From positions 3,994 through 67,993 of the forward strand of contig CAIOIC010000033.1 in NCBI GenBank assembly GCA_903858275.1: a stretch of 64,000 nt of DNA, in the 5' to 3' direction. The DNA comes from an uncultured Verrucomicrobia subdivision 3 bacterium (GTDB lineage Bacteria > Verrucomicrobiota > Verrucomicrobiia > Limisphaerales > UBA11358). The notes beneath the pieces were generated by a model, which was not told the origin of the DNA, did no database searches, and worked only from the letters and a program-made list of their open reading frames with translations. The position numbers were made by a program, and so were the translations under genes. Below, piece by piece: positions 56,428 through 64,000 of the stretch (position 1 is the stretch's first letter; each line of letters begins with the position of its first letter).

Positions 56428-58317
56428 ATGTCGAAAAGCAAAGCTACGGCGCCCAAAAGCAAGCCGGGTAACAAACACAGCAGCCCAAAGGTAGCGAAAA
56501 CCAAAACTCCGCCCGTCCGGCGGAGATTTGTCATTTCCAGCAAGGCAGCCAAACCGCAATCAACGAAGGCCGCTCCGACCGCCGCCCCCGCACCTGCCAA
56601 ATCCGGCGGCAAGACGGCGGCTACAAAATTAACTGGCCCAGGCCAGACACCGCCGAACGCTCCATCATCCGGTGTGACCTCAGTGGACCTGACTGAGACC
56701 ATCAAGACGCTGCTGCACCTTTCGCAGGAGCACGGCTACGTCACTTACGACGACATCAACGACATTCTGCCGGACAATTTAAGCCCGGAAGATCTCGATG
56801 CCGTGCTTTCAAAATTGCGCGGGCTGGACGTGGAAATCGTCATGGACCAGGCCGAAGCCGAACGCGCCGAGCGCAAGCAGCCCGAGCAGGCGCAGGCGGA
56901 GGAAGTGGAGGATGATTCACGGCTGGAAATTCTCGATGACCCGGTGCGCATGTATATGAACCAGATGGGCAAGGTTCCCCTGCTCACACGCGAACAGGAA
57001 GTCGAGATTTGCAAAAAGATCGAGGATGCGGAAGTGGACATGAAGCGCATTGTTTACAGCCTCGGCTTCACCGCCAAGGAACACATTGCCATCGCGGAAA
57101 AGATTTTATCCGACCCGCCCAAAGAACGCTTCGACCGCGTGATTGTTGACAAAAAAATCGCCAACCGCGACGGCCACCTGAAAGATTTGCGCAAGCTCAT
57201 CAAAAAGGTCCACACCATGGACCGGCATGTGGATGAAAAATATTTCGCATGGCAGAAAGCCCAGCAAAAAGGCCGCAAGGAAAAGCTCGGTAAAGAGCTG
57301 AAGAAACTCAGCACCAAGCTGCAGGAAACTTTTGCCAAGTTTTTCTACAAACAAAAAGTCGTCGAGGAAATGATTGTCGTGGCCGGCAACATCCACGAGA
57401 AGTTTCAGGCCAGCAACCGGCATTTGACCGAGTTGGAATCGCACCGCAACACCGCGGAAAAGCGCGCCACCGTCGAGGCCGAATTACAGAAAGTCGCCAC
57501 GCTGGAGCAATTCGTCCGGCTGCCGCGCGAGGAATTTCAAAAAACCTTCAAGGAACTCAAAGCCGCCGCCGACCGCGGCCTCAAGGCCAAGACCCACATG
57601 GCCGAGGCCAATTTGCGCCTCGTCGTTTCCGTGGCCAAGAAATACACCAACCGCGGCCAGTCGTTCCTCGATTTGATTCAGGAAGGCAACATCGGTTTGA
57701 TGAAGGGCGTCGAGAAATTCGAATATCGCCGCGGCTACAAGTTCTCCACCTACGCGATCTGGTGGATTCGCCAGGCAATCACCCGCTCCATCGCAGATCA
57801 GGCCCGCACGATCCGCATTCCGGTGCACATGATTGAAATCATGAACAAGCTCTGGCGCGCGCAGAAGCAACTCACGCAGGAGCTTGGCCGCGAACCCACA
57901 CCCGAGGAACTGGCCGACGAGATGCACATGCCGGTCGCGCGCATCCACGCCCTACTCAAGATGGCGCAGCAGCCGGTTTCGCTGCATGCGCCGGTCGGCG
58001 ACGACGGCGATGTGAGCGTCGGCGATTTCATCGAGGACAAGTCAGCGGAAAATCCATCGGATGTGACCAGCTACAGTTTGCTCCGCGAAAAACTCGGCGA
58101 CGTGCTGACCACCTTAACCGAACGCGAACGCAAGATTTTAGAAATGCGTTTTGGTCTAGCCGACGGCTACGAGCGCACGCTCGAAGAGATCGGCAAGATG
58201 TATAACGTCACCCGCGAACGCATCCGCCAGATCGAGGCGAAAGCGCTGCGCAAGCTGCGCCATCCGACCCGCGTGCGCCATCTGCAAGGCTTCCTCGAAG
58301 GCGCGGAACCGGCGTAA
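56428..58317 (+). CDS. rpoD: Primary sigma factor RpoD with a basic low-complexity N-terminal extension
   Basis: Regions 1.2-4.2 are recognisable ('[11 protein letters not shown]', '[17 protein letters not shown]', '[35 protein letters not shown]', '[20 protein letters not shown]'). Confidence 0.97.
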   Translation: MSKSKATAPKSKPGNKHSSPKVAKTKTPPVRRRFVISSKAAKPQSTKAAPTAAPAPAKSGGKTAATKLTGPGQTPPNAPSSGVTSVDLTETIKTLLHLSQEHGYVTYDDINDILPDNLSPEDLDAVLSKLRGLDVEIVMDQAEAERAERKQPEQAQAEEVEDDSRLEILDDPVRMYMNQMGKVPLLTREQEVEICKKIEDAEVDMKRIVYSLGFTAKEHIAIAEKILSDPPKERFDRVIVDKKIANRDGHLKDLRKLIKKVHTMDRHVDEKYFAWQKAQQKGRKEKLGKELKKLSTKLQETFAKFFYKQKVVEEMIVVAGNIHEKFQASNRHLTELESHRNTAEKRATVEAELQKVATLEQFVRLPREEFQKTFKELKAAADRGLKAKTHMAEANLRLVVSVAKKYTNRGQSFLDLIQEGNIGLMKGVEKFEYRRGYKFSTYAIWWIRQAITRSIADQARTIRIPVHMIEIMNKLWRAQKQLTQELGREPTPEELADEMHMPVARIHALLKMAQQPVSLHAPVGDDGDVSVGDFIEDKSAENPSDVTSYSLLREKLGDVLTTLTERERKILEMRFGLADGYERTLEEIGKMYNVTRERIRQIEAKALRKLRHPTRVRHLQGFLEGAEPA

Positions 58318-58340
58318 TATTCCGGAAATTTGAAAACGAA

Positions 58341-58378
58341 AAGCCCTCAACCGCAGTGCGGTTGAGGGCTTGCTTTTG
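58341..58378. terminator. Bidirectional rho-independent terminator between convergent rpoD and the GH99-like gene
   Basis: AAGCCCTCAACCGC-agt-GCGGTTGAGGGCTT followed by GCTTTTG. The complement is followed by TTTCGTTTTC. Confidence 0.85.
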
Positions 58379-58412
58379 CCGATGTTACAAAGTGACGGCT
58401 GGCTGGCTCGGA

Positions 58413-59651
58413 TTATTTGGCGTCGGCGCCGAACACCCGTTTAACCGCCTCCAAATAGCCGTAGCCATACTTGGTGTCCGGCTCCAGATAGCTGGTCTCC
58501 GTCCATTCATTCCAACTGTTGATGGTGATCAGCGGCGTTTGATTCGGGCGGGCATCCACAAAGGCTTTGGCCTGGCGCAACGCCTGTTCGAAGTTCGCGG
58601 GTGGATTATTCCTGGTGATCGAACCTTTGAAATTGAACGTCCTCGGACTGCTGTCCCAGCCGACGGAAACATGCGGATAATAGCGCGCGGTGTAATTTGA
58701 CGAAACCATCCCCCATTCCCGCACAGCATCTTTCACAATTTCATTGTATTCCCGGTTCACGTCGGTCATGTGGACAAATTGATAGTGCGTAAGCGAGTCA
58801 AACCCGAGTTGATCGACCATCTCTTTCTGCGTGCCGATGCCGTCGCCCGCCACGGCGGACAGGCTTTTATTGTTATCGCGGCGCAGGGAGAGTTGCAGTT
58901 CCAAGCCCGGAAATCCCGCCTTGACCACCTCTGCGCGAAACCACGCGATGGCGTCCTTCGCCTGAGCCGCGCCGCCCAACCCTTGGATGAACTTGCTCAA
59001 ATCATAGAGCATGAACACCGGCTTGCCGTCGATTTTGTAATAAGTCGGCTGGGAAAAATATTTTTCGATCCACCGGTGCGCGATTTTCTCGAACTCCGCC
59101 CGCTCGACCGAACCTTTCCAGATGAGCGCCTTGTTCTTTTGGGCGAAAGCGTCATCCGCATTGCGCTTGTCCCAGTTAAGCCCCACATCGTGATTGGCCC
59201 ACATCAGGTAGAATTTCATCCGGCGGTTGTTGCCCGCCTTCAAAAAACCGTCGTTCAAGCACGCTTCCAGAAACGGCATCCGGTCATACCAATACCAGTC
59301 GTAGATGAACACATTCACGCCATGGTCGGCGGCCGCGGCGATCTGCATCTCCATGACATAACGGTCCGACTCGTTGACGTAACCCCACAACGGAATGCGC
59401 GGCTGATCGTGACCCTCGAACTTGGGCTGGTTATGCATCACCGTTTCCCATTCACCGATGCCCATCGGCCAGAAAATTCTCGCCCGGTCGTCTGGGTGAT
59501 AGGATGGCCATACAAACGCGGCGATATCGTAATGCCTGGGTTTATCCAGCACCGGCGAACCGGCGGCTGGCTGCGCCGAAACCAGATTTGCCACCGTTAG
59601 CAATCCAGATAAAACGGCGGCAAACAATATCTGCGGTTTTGGATTTTTCAT
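58413..59651 (-). CDS. Secreted GH99-like / WbsX-family glycoside hydrolase-like protein
   Basis: Signal-like N-terminus. 'DIAAFVWPSYHPDDRARIFWPMGIGEWETV...PLWGYVNESD...VNVFIYDWYWYD' matches the WbsX/GH99-like pattern from memory. Confidence 0.65.
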   Translation of the reverse strand: MKNPKPQILFAAVLSGLLTVANLVSAQPAAGSPVLDKPRHYDIAAFVWPSYHPDDRARIFWPMGIGEWETVMHNQPKFEGHDQPRIPLWGYVNESDRYVMEMQIAAAADHGVNVFIYDWYWYDRMPFLEACLNDGFLKAGNNRRMKFYLMWANHDVGLNWDKRNADDAFAQKNKALIWKGSVERAEFEKIAHRWIEKYFSQPTYYKIDGKPVFMLYDLSKFIQGLGGAAQAKDAIAWFRAEVVKAGFPGLELQLSLRRDNNKSLSAVAGDGIGTQKEMVDQLGFDSLTHYQFVHMTDVNREYNEIVKDAVREWGMVSSNYTARYYPHVSVGWDSSPRTFNFKGSITRNNPPANFEQALRQAKAFVDARPNQTPLITINSWNEWTETSYLEPDTKYGYGYLEAVKRVFGADAK

Positions 59652-59784
59652 AAAAGGGTCTGCCTATTCTGGTTCTTCAACGGACACAGGGCAAAGCTAA
59701 ATGCGAATGGTATTTGGTTTTCAATATCCCGGAAATGGCGGACGGGGGACGGAGGCGTTTTAATTGTTAAAACCGGAGAAAATC

Positions 59785-60021
59785 GTGGCGCTATTTTCAA
59801 AATAGCGCTACGGGAAGAAAGAATCCTGACTAGGAAACGAACATTTCTGATGAGCGGACGAAGATTTTCTGGAGCTATTTCTGAAATAGCTCCACGGAAA
59901 ATGATTTTTTCAGTCAGCGGACAAACAAATCGTGGCGCTATTTTGGAAATAGCACCAAGAAAAATGATTTCACTGACTAGGAAAACCACAATCCTTGGCG
60001 CTAATTTGAAAATAGCGCCAC
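59785..60021. repeat. Tandem array of four 27-nt palindromic (hairpin) units, spacing 84/63/63 nt
   Basis: The units are at 59785-59811, 59869-59895, 59932-59958 and 59995-60021 (GGCGCTATTT-nn-AAATAGCGCC core). The inter-unit segments are also related to each other. Confidence 0.85.
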
Positions 60022-60297
60022 GAAAAACTCATCCGCCAATGACATTTTCTTGGGGAATTGATGGAAAAGCAGGGTTTTTGACGGTTTCAGCTCGTTTCCT
60101 CGTCATCCGGGGAACAATCCCGGTCATGGATCAAGCGGATATGACAGGGAAATCTCAAACCACCGATGCAGAACCGGGAAAGCAGATATGAAACCTTGGG
60201 CTGAATGAGTGGAATCCTGTTGGTATTCACGGAACATGACCTTTAGAAAACGGAGCGAGGATATACGAATTAACAAACGAATTGAAAATGGCTATTG

Positions 60298-61026
60298 TCA
60301 CTTAAGCGACTGAACTTCCGCGCGATTATAAATAGCATTCGTGTAATGGGGATTTATTTCAATTGCCTTCGAGTAATCAGCCATAGCATCGTCATAATAT
60401 TTTAGACCACGTTTCGCTGTGCCACGATTATTGTATGCTTCAGCATAATGAGGGTTTACTTCAATGGCCTTATTACAGTCAAAAATAGCGCCGTTAAAAT
60501 CGTTGATATTGTTTTTTGCAGCGGCTCGACTGTTGTAAGCTTTGTCATATCGAGGGTTGATTTCGATGGCTTTGTCAAAATCCGCGATGGCTCTGGTGTA
60601 ATTATTTAACCGATACTTTGTATTACCACGATTCAAATAGGCTGCCGAATCGTGTGGATTAAGTTCAACAGCTCTGTCGTAATCTAAAACGGCTTTAGCA
60701 AAATCCTGAAGATGCGCTTCAGCATTTCCCCGATTGTAATAACCAAATTGATATTGTGGATTCAGTTTAATGGCTTTGGTGTAGTCAGCGATAGCTCCGT
60801 CCTCATCTTTGATAGCGTCTTTAGCCATGCCGCGATTGTTGTATGCCTTGATGTAATTCGGATCGATTAGGATGGCCTTATCATATTCGGCTATGGCACC
60901 GACGAAGTCACCAGAAGCATATTTGTTACAGCCTGCGTTAAAGAATTTCTTGGCGGATGGTTTTGAACATGAAGAGCAAGCAGCGACCAATAAAATCAGA
61001 ATGAATTTATTTAGCGAAGCCTTCAT
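60298..61026 (-). CDS. TPR-repeat lipoprotein, A+T-rich gene
   Basis: ORF track 60298..61044; ATG at 61026 gives MKASLNKFILILLVAAC (lipobox-like). It is followed by about six tandem 34-aa TPR units ('AIADYTKAIKLNPQY...'). Confidence 0.8.
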   Translation of the reverse strand: MKASLNKFILILLVAACSSCSKPSAKKFFNAGCNKYASGDFVGAIAEYDKAILIDPNYIKAYNNRGMAKDAIKDEDGAIADYTKAIKLNPQYQFGYYNRGNAEAHLQDFAKAVLDYDRAVELNPHDSAAYLNRGNTKYRLNNYTRAIADFDKAIEINPRYDKAYNSRAAAKNNINDFNGAIFDCNKAIEVNPHYAEAYNNRGTAKRGLKYYDDAMADYSKAIEINPHYTNAIYNRAEVQSLK

Positions 61027-61051
61027 GCAACCTGAAAATCCCACATTGTTC

Positions 61052-62419
61052 TTATTTCAACCCGTTTTCAAATTCGATTAATGCCCTCTCAATCCTCGCC
61101 ATCACGCGTTCTTTGCCGAGGACTTGGAGCAGGTGGTAGAGGCTGGGGCCAGAGGTCTTGCCGGTCACGGCCAAGCGGCACGGATGCACCAACACACCGG
61201 CTTTCACGCCCAGCGCCTTGGCCGTTTCCTTGAGCGTGGCTTCCAGCGTCTCGGCATTGAACGCCGGGGCGTGGAGGAACGCATCGCGGAGTTTTTCCAA
61301 ACGCGGCTTGTTCTCCGGCACAAAATCTTTCTTGGCCGCCTCGGCATCGTATTCCACCTGCTCGGTGAAATAAAATCCGGCGTAGGCGGGCAGTTCGGCA
61401 AAGGTTTTGATCTTGCCGCGACAGGTGTCGAGCGCGGCTTTGACGAAGTGGACGTCCAGCTTGTTCGTATCCATGCCAGCCTTGGCAAACGCGTGCACGC
61501 CGAGTTCATAGAAACGGTCAGGAGCGACTTCGCGGCAGTATTCGCCCTGCAACCACGTCAGTTTCTCGTAATCGAACTTGGCGTTGTGCCGGAGAATCTG
61601 CGGCAGGTCGAAGCGTTCGACGACGTCGGCGAGCGGCATTTTTTCCAGATTGTCCTTGGGCGACCAGCCGAGGAGGCAGAGGTAATTGTTCACGGCTTCG
61701 GCCAGGAAACCGTCGTCGAGATAGCTGGTGAGCGACGCGCCTTTGTCGCGCTTGCTCATCTTGGAACCGTCGGCATTCAGGATGAGCGGGATGTGCGCGT
61801 ATTTGGGCGGCTCGACGCCGAACGCGCGGAAGAGGGCGATGTGCTTGGCGGTGTTGCTCAAGTGATCTTCGCCACGAATGACGTGCGTGATGCCCATTTC
61901 CAAATCGTCCACGACGTTGACGAAGTGGAACACGGGCTGGCCGTCGCTGCGGACGAGCACCCAATCGGGATCGGCTTCCTCGCGGTCGGTCAGCGGCCGC
62001 AACACATCGCCAACGACGAGATCGGGAATTAGAATCGGCTCGCGCGTCATGCGGAATTTGATGGTGCCGTCGGCATGTTGGTAAGCGAGGTCGCGCGACA
62101 TCAGGGCTTCGACGCGGCGCTGGTAATTTTCTTTCCGTTGGGATTGAAAATAGGGACCACGATCGCCCTTGCTCGGCCCGGTGGCGTCACCGGTGATGGG
62201 GCCTTCGTCCCAATCCAGCCCGAGCCAGCGCAAGCCATTGAGGATGACGTCCACGGCTTCCTGCGAATTGCGCGCAGCATCGGTGTCCTCGATGCGCAGC
62301 ACGAACGTGCCGCCGGTGTGCCGGGCGTAAAGCCAGTTGAACAAAGCGGTGCGCGCGCCACCGATATGAAGATAGCCGGTGGGCGAGGGAGCAAAACGGA
62401 CGCGAGGTTTCATAGTCAT
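61052..62419 (-). CDS. gltX: Glutamate--tRNA ligase
   Basis: 'RFAPSPTGYLHIGGARTALFNW' (HIGH) and 'KMSKRD' (KMSKS). Alternative ATG at 62413. Confidence 0.95.
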   Translation of the reverse strand: MTMKPRVRFAPSPTGYLHIGGARTALFNWLYARHTGGTFVLRIEDTDAARNSQEAVDVILNGLRWLGLDWDEGPITGDATGPSKGDRGPYFQSQRKENYQRRVEALMSRDLAYQHADGTIKFRMTREPILIPDLVVGDVLRPLTDREEADPDWVLVRSDGQPVFHFVNVVDDLEMGITHVIRGEDHLSNTAKHIALFRAFGVEPPKYAHIPLILNADGSKMSKRDKGASLTSYLDDGFLAEAVNNYLCLLGWSPKDNLEKMPLADVVERFDLPQILRHNAKFDYEKLTWLQGEYCREVAPDRFYELGVHAFAKAGMDTNKLDVHFVKAALDTCRGKIKTFAELPAYAGFYFTEQVEYDAEAAKKDFVPENKPRLEKLRDAFLHAPAFNAETLEATLKETAKALGVKAGVLVHPCRLAVTGKTSGPSLYHLLQVLGKERVMARIERALIEFENGLK

Positions 62420-62429
62420 TTAATTTAGC

Positions 62430-62456
62430 CACAGATTTCCACAGATGGACACAGAT
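62430..62456 (-). repeat. Three perfect CACAGAT heptamers at exact 10-bp phasing, 10 nt upstream of the gltX ATG
   Basis: The heptamers are at 62430-62436, 62440-62446 and 62450-62456. The coding strand reads ATCTGTGtccATCTGTGgaaATCTGTG-GCTAAATTAA-ATG. Confidence 0.8.
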
Positions 62457-62522
62457 TAAAAAACAAAAATCACCGGGTTGTCACTTTTGGTTTCCAGCGG
62501 AAGGCGGTATGGTTGGCGGGTG

Positions 62523-63170
62523 ATGAGACAAATTTCGCTGGTCGTCCTTTTGTGGGCGCTGACGCTTGGCCGGTTGACGGCGGCGGAGCAGATCCGGTTC
62601 GCCGCTAATTTTTCGCGCGGCATTTCCAACGGCTGGGAGAACGTGGCGTTTTTCAAGACGCCGACGGATTATGCGGTGGGGCGCGAGGGAACAAATTATT
62701 TCGTGCGCGGCACGGCGGCAAAAACGTGTTCCGCCTTAAGCACCAAGCTGAACCTCGCGCCAACGACCAAGTTAAAGCTGCGCTGGCGCTGGCGGATTGA
62801 GGGCGTGAACCCAAACGGTTCGGAGCGCGAGTTGAAGAAGTTCGACCACGCGGCGCGGGTGTTCGTAGCGTTCGACACCTTCATCGGGCCGCCACGCTCG
62901 CTGAATTACATGTGGGGAAACACGGAACCCGCCGGCACAGTGCTGGAGCATCCCAAGTCCAGCCGCGCACAAATCTTTGTTCTGGAATCCGGCAACGCCA
63001 AGGCCGGCCAGTGGATCACCGAGGAGCGCGACGTGGCGGCAGACTGGAAACGGGTCTTCCCCGACAAGCCAATGCCGAAGATTGTGGGCCTGGGCATGAT
63101 GACCGACAGCGACAGTCTGGGAATGAAACTGACGGGAGACTACACGGATATCGAATTATCGGAGGAATGA
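62523..63170 (+). CDS. DUF3047 domain protein, secreted
   Basis: ORF track 62478 (TTG); ATG at 62523 gives MRQISLVVLLWALTLGRLTAA. The motifs 'LRWRWRIEG...FDHAARVFVAFD...LNYMWGN...GLGMMTDSDS' are DUF3047-like. Confidence 0.65.
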   Translation: MRQISLVVLLWALTLGRLTAAEQIRFAANFSRGISNGWENVAFFKTPTDYAVGREGTNYFVRGTAAKTCSALSTKLNLAPTTKLKLRWRWRIEGVNPNGSERELKKFDHAARVFVAFDTFIGPPRSLNYMWGNTEPAGTVLEHPKSSRAQIFVLESGNAKAGQWITEERDVAADWKRVFPDKPMPKIVGLGMMTDSDSLGMKLTGDYTDIELSEE

Positions 63171-63212
63171 AGAGCGCCCCGTTGCCAACGCGCTTCAGGT
63201 TGGAGGGAAAAA

Positions 63213-63746
63213 TTATTTCCGGCGCAGGGCGACCAATGCCAGCAAGCCACCAGCAAAAATGGCAACGGTGGACGGTTCTGGAACAGCGGCGGAAGTTGAG
63301 CGGTCATAGGAAAATCCACCCGTTCTTTGGCCCCAAGACGTGAACTTGATGCCGATATAGATATCGGCGGCGATGAGGCGCAGCACAACGGGCGTGCCGA
63401 CGATGTTGTTCGCAAGCGCGGTGGGGCCACCGTAGCAGGTCGCCCAGTCGGTGTAGGTCAGTGAAGCATAGTCAGCTAACTGCCCATAGGCCCATTCAGT
63501 GCCAGCCGGACTGACCAAACTAGTGTAACCGGCTTCGTAAAAAGAGTTGAATAATCCTCGCGACGAGCCACGCGTAAGCCAGACATTGTCCGTGAGCACA
63601 TCAACGTCACTAACAGAATTGTTGACGAAGCTGATGGTCGGCCCGGTCCAGATGACGCCCTGACCGGCACAGTGAAAGGTGGTAAACACGACTAGCGTGA
63701 AGACCACCCAGCAATTCGAAAAGATTCTTTTCACCACAAAGCACAC
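63213..63746 (-). CDS. PEP-CTERM sorting-domain protein
   Basis: The C-terminal 'VPEPSTVAIFAGGLLALVALRRK' is a canonical PEP-CTERM anchor. Signal-like N-terminus and GTG start. Confidence 0.8.
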   Translation of the reverse strand: MCFVVKRIFSNCWVVFTLVVFTTFHCAGQGVIWTGPTISFVNNSVSDVDVLTDNVWLTRGSSRGLFNSFYEAGYTSLVSPAGTEWAYGQLADYASLTYTDWATCYGGPTALANNIVGTPVVLRLIAADIYIGIKFTSWGQRTGGFSYDRSTSAAVPEPSTVAIFAGGLLALVALRRK

Positions 63747-63841
63747 TTATCATCAAACCCCTAGATTTTCCAATAAAATGTTTTGAAAGCGAAAATCAAA
63801 CAAAAGCTGCATAGCTGGCCGTCACACGCAACTCATTGGGG

Positions 63842-63876
63842 AAATAAAAAGAGCGCCCCGTTGACGGAGCGCTCTT
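63842..63876 (-). terminator. Rho-independent terminator downstream of the HU gene
   Basis: Minus strand reads AAGAGCGC-tccgtcaacgggg-GCGCTCTT followed by TTTATTT. Confidence 0.7.
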
Positions 63877-63894
63877 GGGGGGAAGTAATTAAAA

Positions 63895-64000
63895 TTACTT
63901 GGTGCCGAGGATCGCGTCCTTGGCAGCCTTGGCGACGCGGAACTTCACGACGCGTTTGGCCTTGATCTGGATCTGTTCGCCGGTCTTGGGGTTGCGGCCA
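63895..64000 (-). CDS. HU/IHF-family DNA-binding protein, 3' part (truncated by the window edge)
   Basis: The reverse complement translates to ...GRNPKTGEQIQIKAKRVVKFRVAKAAKDAILGTK*, the conserved HU arm and C-terminus. Confidence 0.85.
   Translation of the reverse strand, partial: GRNPKTGEQIQIKAKRVVKFRVAKAAKDAILGTK

Noticed and set aside
56232-56705. 157-aa minus-strand ORF upstream of and overlapping the rpoD start
   Set aside because: It overlaps the rpoD 5' end in antisense, is low-complexity Gly/Ala/Val-rich, and has no motif support.
59785-60021. Possible small CRISPR array (four palindromic ~27-nt repeats with 36-57-nt intervals)
   Set aside because: The 'spacers' are homologous to one another, the repeats are degenerate, and no cas genes or leader are nearby. 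It is better described as a tandem repeat of a hairpin-containing unit.
59648-60191. Two 113-aa ORFs (59648..59989 minus, 59850..60191 plus) as repeat-protein genes
   Set aside because: Both are generated by the same palindromic repeats, so the 'conserved' GAISEIAP peptide arises trivially on both strands. There is no signal peptide, known domain or convincing start context. This is not fully excluded, because the repeat spacings are multiples of 3 and the minus ORF ends in an ATGA overlap with the next gene.
62421-62456. DnaA boxes / replication origin at the gltX heptamer array
   Set aside because: TTAGCCACA (8/9) and ATTTCCACA (7/9) resemble TTATCCACA. However, the third unit and the 49076-49102 array match poorly, and there is no dnaA/dnaN context or AT-rich unwinding element.

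Overview
High-G+C bacterial chromosomal window. Gene content (PEP-CTERM protein, many very large secreted CAZyme-like proteins, dispersed heptamer repeats) suggests a PVC/Verrucomicrobiota-like organism; this is inference only. Layout: (i) 0-15 kb is an IclR-associated polysaccharide-utilisation cluster with SGNH esterases, GH106-like, GH5-like and GH78-like enzymes, a beta-helix protein, a sugar isomerase and an MFS transporter. (ii) 15.4-19 kb is a yjf-like cluster of unknown function (DUF350, DUF1190, glutathionylspermidine-synthase-like ATP-grasp, DUF4178) behind a phage-CII-like HTH gene. (iii) 19-38 kb holds giant secreted proteins, an octaheme cytochrome-HEAT-TPR fusion, a DUF4139 protein and another SGNH esterase. 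(iv) An IS630/ISY100-like element sits at about 38.0-38.9 kb. (v) 39-58 kb is housekeeping: smc, MBL hydrolase, SurA-like PPIase, pdxA, trpC, prfB with its +1 frameshift, nusA-infB-rbfA-nrnA-truB-ribF and rpoD. (vi) 58-64 kb holds a GH99-like gene, a TPR lipoprotein, gltX, a DUF3047 protein, a PEP-CTERM protein and a partial HU gene. I saw no rRNA, tRNA or bona fide CRISPR array. No obvious complete novel multi-gene system (for example a defence system) was recognised. The most unusual signals are non-coding. One is a conserved upstream element present in three copies before three consecutive secreted-protein genes, one copy split by the IS. Another is a tandem array of four 27-nt palindromes showing a compensatory substitution. 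A third is triple 10-bp-phased ATCTGTG heptamers directly upstream of gltX and of a small frameshifted gene. There are also three visibly A+T-rich genes embedded in G+C-rich context. All family calls rest on motif recognition by eye, not on database searches.
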